54,445 nt of DNA from assembly GCA_018064725.1 (NCBI GenBank), contig JAGHUQ010000072.1:1-54445 (forward strand), written 5' to 3'. How positions within the stretch are numbered: the first letter of the stretch is position 1; each line of letters begins with the position of its first letter. The notes below the pieces were generated by a model, which saw only the letters and a program-made list of their open reading frames with translations, had not been told where the DNA came from and ran no database searches. Of this stretch, positions 29,700 to 38,646 are shown one piece after another. The DNA is from Candidatus Cryptobacteroides caccocaballi (lineage in GTDB: Bacteria; Bacteroidota; Bacteroidia; Bacteroidales; UBA932). The position numbers and the translations under genes are program-made.

Positions 29700-30704
29700 T
29701 TACTCCCAGCCCTGAGCCTTCAGCGGAAACTCCACTCCGTCAGGAGTAACGATCACGCTGCCCACCTCCGGCTTTGCGAGATGACCTATTACATCGTAGG
29801 TCTGGAACTCGTGACGGAACTTGTCATGCTGTCCGATAGGTACGGTGAAAAGCAGCCTGCAGTCATCGCCTCCGTTCATGGCCGCGGTCACCGCATCCGT
29901 GCCGAGCTTCTTTCCGAGCTCAAAGGAATTGCCGGCGAAAGGAAGCTTGTCCATGTAGACCTTTGCTCCCAGTCCGCAGTCCCTGCTGAGACGCTTGATT
30001 GCGTCAGCCAGTCCGCGAGTCACGAAATATCCGAATGAAGGCATGATCTCTGCGTCCTCGAACTGAGACAGAACCTTGGGATTCAGCTGAGGCTTGAGGT
30101 ATGCACCGATCTGCTGCTTGTAATCGTCGAGCTTTGGCTGCGCGCTGTCATCCTTTGTCTTGTCGAAAGCCAGCTTCTCGCGCATTAGCACCTGCTGTCC
30201 CATATATGCTGCACCGAGGTTGCCGGATATGCATATAAGGTCCATGCTCTTCGCAGCCGGACGGCGCTTTGCCATAAGCAGGCTTGTCTCTCCGCTCGCG
30301 CTGATCGCGATGTAGAGTCCGTTGAGAGAAGGGTTGAGGTCAAGTTCCACGCTGGCGTATCCATGTTCCTTGGCCGCGGTGGTGATGCCTTCCCAGATGT
30401 CCTTTATCTGGGCGAAATCGAGCTTTGACGACACTCCGATCTTGACGGACAAGGTACGGGGATGCGAGAACTCCGCGTACAGTTCGCCGGTCACCATGAT
30501 CACGCTCTTGTATCCCAGATGCTTGAGCGGGAAGTACACGAGGTCGAAGTCTATGCCTTCCGAAAGCACTGCTGTCTTGGTCGTGGCATAAGCCTTGCCT
30601 GAAGTTTCAAACCAGGCACTGGAAAAAGGTGTGAAAGAAGTTCCTTCGTATAATTTCTTGATAGCCTCTACTTTACCGAGAGATGCGAAATTTTCTTCTG
30701 CCAT
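29700..30704 (-). CDS. thiL: ThiL (thiamine-monophosphate kinase)-like protein with degenerate catalytic motifs
   Basis: Aligns by eye to Bacteroidales ThiL over its full length (EGIDFDLVYFPLKHLGYKS, DLICISGNLGAAYMG, LLFTVP, LKAQGW), but the GDD, TTD, SD, GGD and DxSDG motifs are replaced; start at ATG 30704. Confidence 0.75.
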   Translation of the reverse strand: MAEENFASLGKVEAIKKLYEGTSFTPFSSAWFETSGKAYATTKTAVLSEGIDFDLVYFPLKHLGYKSVIMVTGELYAEFSHPRTLSVKIGVSSKLDFAQIKDIWEGITTAAKEHGYASVELDLNPSLNGLYIAISASGETSLLMAKRRPAAKSMDLICISGNLGAAYMGQQVLMREKLAFDKTKDDSAQPKLDDYKQQIGAYLKPQLNPKVLSQFEDAEIMPSFGYFVTRGLADAIKRLSRDCGLGAKVYMDKLPFAGNSFELGKKLGTDAVTAAMNGGDDCRLLFTVPIGQHDKFRHEFQTYDVIGHLAKPEVGSVIVTPDGVEFPLKAQGWE

Positions 30705-30771
30705 ATAGCTCTTTTTTGTCACGACAAATTTACTAATTATGATTAAATTAGCAGACTCAATCCCTGTTCAA

Positions 30772-31617
30772 ATGAAGAAAACCGCATTGCTGCTTGCCCT
30801 GTTGGCAATCATGATACCATCGACCCTGTCCGCGAAGAAGGATACAGAGGACAAGGTGAAGATAATGTCGTTCAACCTCCGTAACGGAGATTCCGGTGAC
30901 GGCACAAACGCGTGGAGCGTAAGGTACGCCTTCACCGCCATGATGATAGACGACGTCAAGCCCGATGTGATCGGCATGCAGGAGGCGCTCGACTACCAGA
31001 TCAGCTATTATCCTGAGGTGCTCAACACGTATAAGTACGTCGGCAAGGGCCGCGATGACGGCAAGAAGAAGGGCGAGTATACCGCTATCCTCTACAACAC
31101 CAAGACGTCGTCCGTGGTGAAGTGGGGAATGTTCTGGCTGTCGGAGAATCCTGACAAGCCGGGCGAAGGATGGGATGCGGCGGCTAACCGCACTTGTACT
31201 TGGGCAATCATGAAGGACAAGAAGAGCGGAAACCAGTACTGTGTCCTCAATACGCACCTCGACGAGGTTGGAGTCATATCTCGCCATAACGGCATTTCGC
31301 TGATTCTTTCGAAGCTTTCAGAAATCAACAAGGACGGGCTTCCGGTGGTCTTCCTTGGCTGTTTCAACGTAAGTCAGGATGATGTCTGCCTTTCGGACGT
31401 AGAGTCCCAGATGACCAATTGCCGCAAGAGCGCGGACAAGACCGATGGCGGCATTACCTACAACGCATGGGGCAAGGCAGCGCAGCAGAGCCAGATAGAC
31501 CATGTGTACTATTCCGGATTCTCACGTTGCGAGGAATTCAGCGTACTTTCCAAGAAATATGAGAACAGGACGTTCCTCTCGGATCATTTTCCTGTGATGG
31601 CAGTCATGGTATTCTAA
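30772..31617 (+). CDS. Secreted endonuclease/exonuclease/phosphatase (EEP) family protein
   Basis: Signal peptide, IMSFNLR, PDVIGMQE, FWLSENP, NTHLD, IDHVY, SDHFPV; GDFN appears as GCFN; start at ATG 30772. Confidence 0.85.
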   Translation: MKKTALLLALLAIMIPSTLSAKKDTEDKVKIMSFNLRNGDSGDGTNAWSVRYAFTAMMIDDVKPDVIGMQEALDYQISYYPEVLNTYKYVGKGRDDGKKKGEYTAILYNTKTSSVVKWGMFWLSENPDKPGEGWDAAANRTCTWAIMKDKKSGNQYCVLNTHLDEVGVISRHNGISLILSKLSEINKDGLPVVFLGCFNVSQDDVCLSDVESQMTNCRKSADKTDGGITYNAWGKAAQQSQIDHVYYSGFSRCEEFSVLSKKYENRTFLSDHFPVMAVMVF

Positions 31618-31629
31618 ATCTGTAGTTCC

Positions 31630-34600
31630 ATGGCATTCGTACATCTCCACGTCCATACCCAATACTCCATCCTTGACGGCTTCTCGGAAATCGGCAAGCT
31701 TTTCTCGCGTGCCGAGGAGCTCGGTATGCCTGCGCTTGCCATCACCGACCACGGAAATCTCTACGGCGTGAAGGAATTCTTCAAGCATGCCGGCAAGCAT
31801 AAGAGCGTCAAGCCAATCATCGGCTGCGAGGTCTATGTCACCAGGCACTATGACCATACCTTAAAGGACAATGCACATAGGTCATATTACCATCTCGTGC
31901 TCCTCGCCAAGAACTACAACGGCTACAAGAACCTCATGAAGATATGTTCCATCGGGCATATCGAGGGTTCATACTACGGCAAGCCGAGGGTCAGCCACGA
32001 GATAATAGAGAAGTATCATGAAGACCTGATCTGCTGCTCTGCCTGTCTCGCGGGTGAGATTCCCAGAGCGGTCGTCGCGGGTGACATGGATGCCGCAAGA
32101 AAGGCGGTGAAGTGGCACAAGGATATCTTCGGCGACGACTATTACCTGGAGGTCCAGCTCCACCGCACGGAGGTCGAGGGACTCTCCCTCGAGACATACG
32201 AGAACCAGAGGATAGCGAATGACGGAATCTTTGACCTTGCGGACGAGATGCAGGTCAAGGTCGTGGCCACCAACGACGTCCATTTCGTCAAGAAGGAGGA
32301 CGGACCGGCACATGACCGTCTGATCTGCCTTACGACCAATGCATATATAGACGATCCCGACCGAATGAGATATACCCAGCAGGAGTATCTCAAGAGCGAG
32401 GAGGAGATGGCCGAGCTTTTCCCTCGTCATCCAGAGGTCATAGCCAATACCCTCGAGGTTGCAGACAAGTGCGAGAGCTATACCATAGACCGTGGACACG
32501 TCCTTCCAAAGTACGATATCGACCCCGAGTTCCTTGCCAACATAGATGATCATCTCGAGAAATACAAGGAGATCATCGACTGCGGACGCTGCGACAAGAA
32601 CGGAAATGACCGCGGTGAGGAATTCTGCCGTTCTGTGGCTTATCTCTGCCACATCACCTATCTGGGAGCCCACAAGCGCTACGGTGAGACCTTCACTGAT
32701 GAGCAGTCGGAACGTATACTCTTCGAGCTGCAGACCATCTGCCGAATGGGTTTCCCGGACTACTTCCTCATTGTCCAGGACTATATTGCCGCATCTCGCG
32801 CGGAAGGTTACATGGTCGGTCCGGGACGTGGATCGGCAGCCGGCTCGGTTGTAGCATACTGCCTCGGTATCACCAATCTCGATCCTATCAAGTACCAGCT
32901 CCTGTTCGAGCGTTTCCTCAATCCCGACCGTATCAGCATGCCTGATATCGACGTCGATTTCGAGAATCTTCCTGCAGCCCACGACTATGTGGAGCGAAAA
33001 TATACCTCTGACCATGTGTCCCGAGTCATAACCTTCGGTACCATGGCGGCGAAGAGTGCCATAAAGGATGTCGCGCGCATCAGCCGACTCTCTGTCGACG
33101 AATCCAACCGTCTCTCGAAGATGGTGCCGGACCGTCTTTCTGAGAAAGTCGAGAAGGAGTATCCTTTCAACCCGAAGCTCGATGAGCTGAAGTCTGGTTT
33201 CAAGGCCGTGGAAAAGGAGGTCGAGGTCGATGATCCAGAAAATCCGGGGCAGAAGATACTCGTCAAGAAGATGTTCCAGAAGGGTCTCGAGGAAGTTGAT
33301 GCCAAGATTACCCTCAAGAATTGCTACCGCCTTGTCCCCGAGTTCAAGAACGAGCTTGAGAACGGCAGTGAGATAAACAAGGAGGTCCTCAAATATGCCC
33401 TTCAGCTCGAGGGAAGCATACGCCAGGTGGGAGTGCATGCCTGCGCCACCATCATCGGACGAGGCAACCTCACCGACTATATTCCTATCTGCCTCTCCGT
33501 GGATAAGGAAACCGGCCAGAACGTATGGACATCCCAGTATGACGGTCACTATATCGAGGACGTCGGAATGCTCAAGATGGACTTCCTCGGCCTCAATACA
33601 CTTACGATTATCCACAAGTGCCTTGACCTCATAAAGAAGCGTTTCGGCAAGGATATAGACATAGAGGCCATTCCTATCGATGACCCTGAGACCTATGAGA
33701 AGATATACTCTAGGGGAGACACAGTCTCTGTGTTCCAGTTCGAGTCTCCGGGCATGATGAAGTGGCTCCAGAACCTCCATCCGGAGCGTTTTGAGGACCT
33801 CATCGCGATGAATGCGCTGTACCGTCCGGGCCCTATGGACTACATTCCGTCCTTCGTTGCCCGCAAGCTGGGACAGGAACCTATCGAATACGATCTTCCG
33901 GAAATGGAGGAGTTCCTCTCGGAGACCTATGGCGTCACCGTATATCAGGAGCAGGTCATGCTTCTGAGCCGTAAGCTTTCAAACTTCACCAAGGGTGAGG
34001 CCGACAAGCTCAGGAAGGCTATGGGTAAGAAGCAGATAGCCGTCATGCAGGAGCTCAAGGAGAAGTTCATGACCCAGGGAATGGCCAATGGACACCCCGA
34101 GAAGACTCTCGACAAGATCTGGAAGGATTGGGAGAAGTTCGCCCAGTACGCGTTCAACAAGTCGCATGCAACCTGCTATGCCTGGGTCAGCTACCAGACA
34201 GGTTGGCTCAAATGCCACTATCCATCAGAGTTCCAGGCAGCCAACCTGTCCTGCAACCTCAGCAAGATGGACGAGATCAAGAAGATCATGGCAGACTGCA
34301 AGAAGTCTGGAATCAGGGTCCTAAACCCGGATGTGAACGAGTCCGACAGCGAATTCTCTGTAACCAGGAACGGTGACGTCCGTTTCGGTCTCGGCGGAAT
34401 GAAGGGCTTCGGTGACAACGTCGTACGTGCCATCATAGAAGAGCGTGAGAAGAATGGTCTTTTCCAGGATATATTCGACTTTGCCGAAAGGATGGCAGGT
34501 TCCGTCAACAAGAAGGCTTTCGAGTCCTTGGTATATGCCGGTGCGTTCGACAGCTTCGGCTATCATAGAAGCCAGTTCTTCCAGCCATCTTCGGGCTGCG

Positions 34601-35436
34601 AGACCTTCGTCGACGCCATCGTAAGGTATGCCGACCTCTATAAGAAAGACTCGGAAGAGTCCTCCGTCTCACTTTTCGGAGATGCTGAGGAGGTAAGGCC
34701 TACCCGTCCGGACATACCTTCATATAAGGATGAGGCAGCGGACAACATCGAACTTCTCCACAAGGAAAAGGAAGTTGTCGGCATGTATCTCTCTTCTCAT
34801 CCTCTAGACCAGTACGGCTTCGAGATGGAGAACTATGCGACAACCAAGATAATGGAGCTTCCTGACCTGGTGAACGCATGTCAGGAGAAGAAAAAGTCGC
34901 AGAAGGCAACGATAGGCGGATATGTTCTCAGCACCGAGACCAAGATCTCGCGCAGCGGAAAGAACTTCCTTACTTCAGTGGTCGAGGATTTCTCCGGAAC
35001 CACGGAGATCTCTCTCTTCGGAAAGGAATACGAAGCCTTCGCTCCGAAGTTCCAGCAGGGGCACTCCGTTCTCATTGAGGGCTCCATCGAGCCGAAGTAT
35101 TTCGTGAAGCCGGACGAGAAGGGAAATATACCTGACGTTCCGTATGCCTTCAAGACAAAGAACGTTTCTCTCCTTGGTAATGCCAATGAGAGCTTCCTGA
35201 AGGAATTCCGACTTAAGATCAATACCGCACTGCTTAACGCAGAGTTCAAGGATGGGCTTTTAAAGCTGCTCAGGAGGCACAAGGGCGACATTCCGCTGTC
35301 TCTGTTCATCATTGACCCTAAGACTCGTTATATGGTCGAATTTTCGACCAGGAAGTTCAGGGTTGCGATTACTCCTGAGTTCCTCAAGGATATCGAAGCT
35401 CTCGGTATCGAGGGAGAAGCAGTCAGGAAGAAATAA
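31630..35436 (+). CDS. dnaE: DNA polymerase III subunit alpha
   Basis: FVHLHVHTQYSILDG PHP domain, GPGRGSAAGS, FERFLNPDRISMPDIDVDF, KMDFLGL, YAFNKSHA, C-terminal OB fold. Confidence 0.97.
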   Translation: MAFVHLHVHTQYSILDGFSEIGKLFSRAEELGMPALAITDHGNLYGVKEFFKHAGKHKSVKPIIGCEVYVTRHYDHTLKDNAHRSYYHLVLLAKNYNGYKNLMKICSIGHIEGSYYGKPRVSHEIIEKYHEDLICCSACLAGEIPRAVVAGDMDAARKAVKWHKDIFGDDYYLEVQLHRTEVEGLSLETYENQRIANDGIFDLADEMQVKVVATNDVHFVKKEDGPAHDRLICLTTNAYIDDPDRMRYTQQEYLKSEEEMAELFPRHPEVIANTLEVADKCESYTIDRGHVLPKYDIDPEFLANIDDHLEKYKEIIDCGRCDKNGNDRGEEFCRSVAYLCHITYLGAHKRYGETFTDEQSERILFELQTICRMGFPDYFLIVQDYIAASRAEGYMVGPGRGSAAGSVVAYCLGITNLDPIKYQLLFERFLNPDRISMPDIDVDFENLPAAHDYVERKYTSDHVSRVITFGTMAAKSAIKDVARISRLSVDESNRLSKMVPDRLSEKVEKEYPFNPKLDELKSGFKAVEKEVEVDDPENPGQKILVKKMFQKGLEEVDAKITLKNCYRLVPEFKNELENGSEINKEVLKYALQLEGSIRQVGVHACATIIGRGNLTDYIPICLSVDKETGQNVWTSQYDGHYIEDVGMLKMDFLGLNTLTIIHKCLDLIKKRFGKDIDIEAIPIDDPETYEKIYSRGDTVSVFQFESPGMMKWLQNLHPERFEDLIAMNALYRPGPMDYIPSFVARKLGQEPIEYDLPEMEEFLSETYGVTVYQEQVMLLSRKLSNFTKGEADKLRKAMGKKQIAVMQELKEKFMTQGMANGHPEKTLDKIWKDWEKFAQYAFNKSHATCYAWVSYQTGWLKCHYPSEFQAANLSCNLSKMDEIKKIMADCKKSGIRVLNPDVNESDSEFSVTRNGDVRFGLGGMKGFGDNVVRAIIEEREKNGLFQDIFDFAERMAGSVNKKAFESLVYAGAFDSFGYHRSQFFQPSSGCETFVDAIVRYADLYKKDSEESSVSLFGDAEEVRPTRPDIPSYKDEAADNIELLHKEKEVVGMYLSSHPLDQYGFEMENYATTKIMELPDLVNACQEKKKSQKATIGGYVLSTETKISRSGKNFLTSVVEDFSGTTEISLFGKEYEAFAPKFQQGHSVLIEGSIEPKYFVKPDEKGNIPDVPYAFKTKNVSLLGNANESFLKEFRLKINTALLNAEFKDGLLKLLRRHKGDIPLSLFIIDPKTRYMVEFSTRKFRVAITPEFLKDIEALGIEGEAVRKK

Positions 35437-35453
35437 GCTTTCAAATAAAAATA

Positions 35454-35484
35454 ATAGAGGCGGCCTCGTTGAGGTCGCCTCTAT
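35454..35484. terminator. Terminator between convergent dnaE and secDF
   Basis: ATAGAGGCGGCCTC-gtt-GAGGTCGCCTCTAT; preceding A-rich run gives a U-tract for the - strand. Confidence 0.8.
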
Positions 35485-35503
35485 CGTATCTGGGAAGTTG
35501 TGA

Positions 35504-38500
35504 TTACTTCTTGTTCTCAGCCTTCTTCTCCATAGCCTTTGTCACGTCGTACATGACAGGAGTACCGATGAAGATTGATGCGTAGGTACCGATCACGATA
35601 CCGAGGATGAGTGCCACAGCAAGACCGCGGATAGTCTCACCACCGAAGAATGCAATCGCGAGCATGGTCACGAGAGTTGAGAGTGAGGTATTCATGGTAC
35701 GTGCGAGAGTGCTGTTGAGCGCTGAGTTCACGTTCTCCTTGAAGTCTGCCTTTGGATGGAGAGTCTTGTACTCACGGATACGGTCGAAGATGACCACGTT
35801 ATCGTTGATAGCGTAACCGATGATGGTAAGGATCGCTGCGATGAAGGTAGAGTCAACGTCGAGGGTGAAAGGAAGGATACCGCTGAAGAGCGAGAAGAAT
35901 CCGATCACGATGAGTGCGGTGTGTGCAAGTGAGGTGACACCACCGATACCCCAGGTCCAGCCGCGGAAACGGAATGCGATGTAACCGAAGATGACGAGGA
36001 GGGCGATGATCACAGAGATGATTGCACCTCTCTTGATGTCGTTTGCGATGGTTGCACCCACCTTGTCAGATGAGATGATACCGTTAGCGTCATCAACAGA
36101 TGAAGTGAACTGTGCGAGGTCGATGTTGGTTGAGTAGAAGCCCTTGAGTGCAGTGTAGAGCATGCTCTCGATCTCTGCGTCAACCTCAGTAGACTCCTGA
36201 TCGTGCTTGTATGAAGTAGTGATCTTCATCTGGCTGTCACCACCGAACTGCTTAACCTCTACTGAAGAGTTTCCTGCTTCAGCGAATACGTCGAGGGTAG
36301 CCTGACGTACATCTTCTGTGTTGACTGGCTTGTCGAAGCGTACGACATATGTACGACCACCGGTGAAATCTACACCGTAGGTGAAGCCCTTGATTGCGAT
36401 TGAGAGGATAGAGATTGCGATGAGGCAAGCTGAGATGATGTAACCGATCTTCTTCTTACCGATGAAGTCAATCTTGGTGTTCTGGAGGAAGTTCTCGGTC
36501 GCCTTGTTGGAGAAGGTGATATCCTTACCCTTCTCAACCCTGCCCTCGAATACGAGACGGGTGATGAAGATAGAGGTGATCACTGAAGTCACGATACCGA
36601 TGATCAAGGTAGTTGCGAAGCCCTGTACAGGACCTGAACCGAATACGAAGAGCACGATACCTGTGAGGAGGGTAGTGATCTGGCCGTCGATGATTGCTGA
36701 GTATGCGTTAGAGTAACCGTCTGCAATTGCCTTGCTGAGGCCCTTGCCTGCACGGATCTCCTCCTTGATACGCTCGTAGATGATCACGTTCGCGTCGACA
36801 GCCATACCGAGGGTGAGGACGAGACCGGCGATACCTGGGAGTGTGAGGACAGCACCGAATGAGGTGAGGGTTCCGAAGAGGAAGAGCACGTTGCAAAGAA
36901 GTGCGATATCAGCTACGAGACCTGCTCCTGCGTAGAAGAGGATCATGTAGATGAGGACGAGGATGAACGCGATCACGAATGAGATGAGACCTGCACGGAT
37001 TGACTCAGAACCGAGTGAAGGTCCTACGACCTGCTCCTGGACGATGGTTGCAGGAGCTGGAAGCTTACCTGACTTGAGGACGTTTGCAAGGTCCTCTGCC
37101 TCGTCGAGGGTGAAGTTACCGGTGATCTGTGAGCTACCACCTGAGATCTCGGTGTTGACTACAGGGTATGAGTAAACCATACCGTCGAGGACGATGGCGA
37201 TCTGCTTGCCGATGTTGTCCTTGGTCATCCTTGCCCAGATGTTTGCACCCTCTGCATTCATGGTCATGCCGACCTCAGGGCTGCCACCCTGGTTGCCGTA
37301 CTGGACACGGGCGTCGGTTACGACACCACCGTCGAGAGGTGCCTTGCCGTCACGTGAGGTTGCCTTGATGGCGATGAGCTCATAGATGTTCTCGTTGCCA
37401 ACATAGCTTGATGGGTGAACGCTCCACATTGGCTTGAACTCTGCTGGGAAGAGAGCCTCTACCTGAGGGTCGTTGAGCCACTTGTTGATCTTTGCAGTAT
37501 CGGTGTAGTTTGCGAAACCGATGCAAGCGCCGGTACCGAGACCACCGTTGTATACAGCTGGCTGGAGTACAGAGAAGAGAGGGTTGCTCTTAGCGTATGC
37601 GTCGTCTGATGCATTCTCTGCCTGCTCGCCGAGCTCCTGTGCGAGGACGTCGCCCTCTACAGCCTCAGTTGCCTCCTCAGCTGGTGCGCTGTGGTCAGCC
37701 TCAAGCTCTGCGATGAGTGCGTTAGCCTCTGCGAGGTAAGGATAGATCTCCTGGTTCTCGTAAGTAGCCCAGAACTCGAGGGAAGCAGTTCCCTGGAGGA
37801 GCTTTCTTACACGCTCAGGCTCCTTGACGCCTGGAAGCTCGATAAGGATCTTGCCGCTGTTACCGATCTTCTGGATAGAAGGCTGGGTGACACCGAAGCG
37901 GTCGATACGGTTACGAAGCACGTTGAATGAGTTCGAGATTGCTGACTCAGCCTCGCCGCGGATCACAGAGATGACATCTGCGTCGCTGGTCTTTGCGTCG
38001 ATCTTGTCCCTCATCTCGTAGGTACCGAATACGGTTGCGAGAGGAGTGCCAGGGGCAACTTCCTTCCAAGCGGCCTCGAAGAGGGTGATGAAATCTTCCC
38101 TGGAAGCTACGCTGCGCTCCTTTGCGAGAGCGAGAGCCTGGTTGAATGCTGCTGACTGGTTGTTATCTGCAAGAGCTCTGACAAGGTCCTCGAGCTGCAC
38201 CTGGAGCATGACGTTCATACCACCCTTGAGGTCAAGGCCGAGGTTGATGGTCTTCTCCTGTACTTTCTTGTAAGTATAACCCAAATAAACTTTCTCAGTC
38301 GAGATAGAGTCGATGTACCAACGGGACATGTCCTTCCTGACTGAATCACGGACGTAAGCCTCCTCGTTCTGAAGGGCTGAGACGAACTTGTCTGCGTATG
38401 CAGCTGCCTTCTTTTCGTGGATGTTTCCTACGAGAGTGAAGGAGAGCTGCCAGAGGCAAGCGAGGCCCAGAAGGATGGCTACCAATCTGATTGCACCTTT

Positions 38501-38509
38501 ACTTTGCAT
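35504..38509 (-). CDS. secDF: Protein translocase subunit SecDF (fused)
   Basis: INLGLDLKGG, RIDRFGVTQP, IELPG, VGPSLG, GMAVDANVIIYERIKEE, GVDFTGG, GYAINDNVVIFDRIRE. Confidence 0.97.
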   Translation of the reverse strand: MQSKGAIRLVAILLGLACLWQLSFTLVGNIHEKKAAAYADKFVSALQNEEAYVRDSVRKDMSRWYIDSISTEKVYLGYTYKKVQEKTINLGLDLKGGMNVMLQVQLEDLVRALADNNQSAAFNQALALAKERSVASREDFITLFEAAWKEVAPGTPLATVFGTYEMRDKIDAKTSDADVISVIRGEAESAISNSFNVLRNRIDRFGVTQPSIQKIGNSGKILIELPGVKEPERVRKLLQGTASLEFWATYENQEIYPYLAEANALIAELEADHSAPAEEATEAVEGDVLAQELGEQAENASDDAYAKSNPLFSVLQPAVYNGGLGTGACIGFANYTDTAKINKWLNDPQVEALFPAEFKPMWSVHPSSYVGNENIYELIAIKATSRDGKAPLDGGVVTDARVQYGNQGGSPEVGMTMNAEGANIWARMTKDNIGKQIAIVLDGMVYSYPVVNTEISGGSSQITGNFTLDEAEDLANVLKSGKLPAPATIVQEQVVGPSLGSESIRAGLISFVIAFILVLIYMILFYAGAGLVADIALLCNVLFLFGTLTSFGAVLTLPGIAGLVLTLGMAVDANVIIYERIKEEIRAGKGLSKAIADGYSNAYSAIIDGQITTLLTGIVLFVFGSGPVQGFATTLIIGIVTSVITSIFITRLVFEGRVEKGKDITFSNKATENFLQNTKIDFIGKKKIGYIISACLIAISILSIAIKGFTYGVDFTGGRTYVVRFDKPVNTEDVRQATLDVFAEAGNSSVEVKQFGGDSQMKITTSYKHDQESTEVDAEIESMLYTALKGFYSTNIDLAQFTSSVDDANGIISSDKVGATIANDIKRGAIISVIIALLVIFGYIAFRFRGWTWGIGGVTSLAHTALIVIGFFSLFSGILPFTLDVDSTFIAAILTIIGYAINDNVVIFDRIREYKTLHPKADFKENVNSALNSTLARTMNTSLSTLVTMLAIAFFGGETIRGLAVALILGIVIGTYASIFIGTPVMYDVTKAMEKKAENKK

Positions 38510-38646
38510 GGTTTTTGAATTATTGTTAATTATTGTTTTTATCTACTATACGCCAAATAGGGCACAAATTTATATATTTTTTCCTAATTACGAATCTTAT
38601 TGTGCAGAGAATGTGCTATTTTTGCCCATCCGAAAGGCTTCTGTCA

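Noticed and set aside
31969-33780. 603-aa antisense ORF inside dnaE
   Set aside because: Shadow frame produced by codon bias of the sense gene; no recognisable motifs
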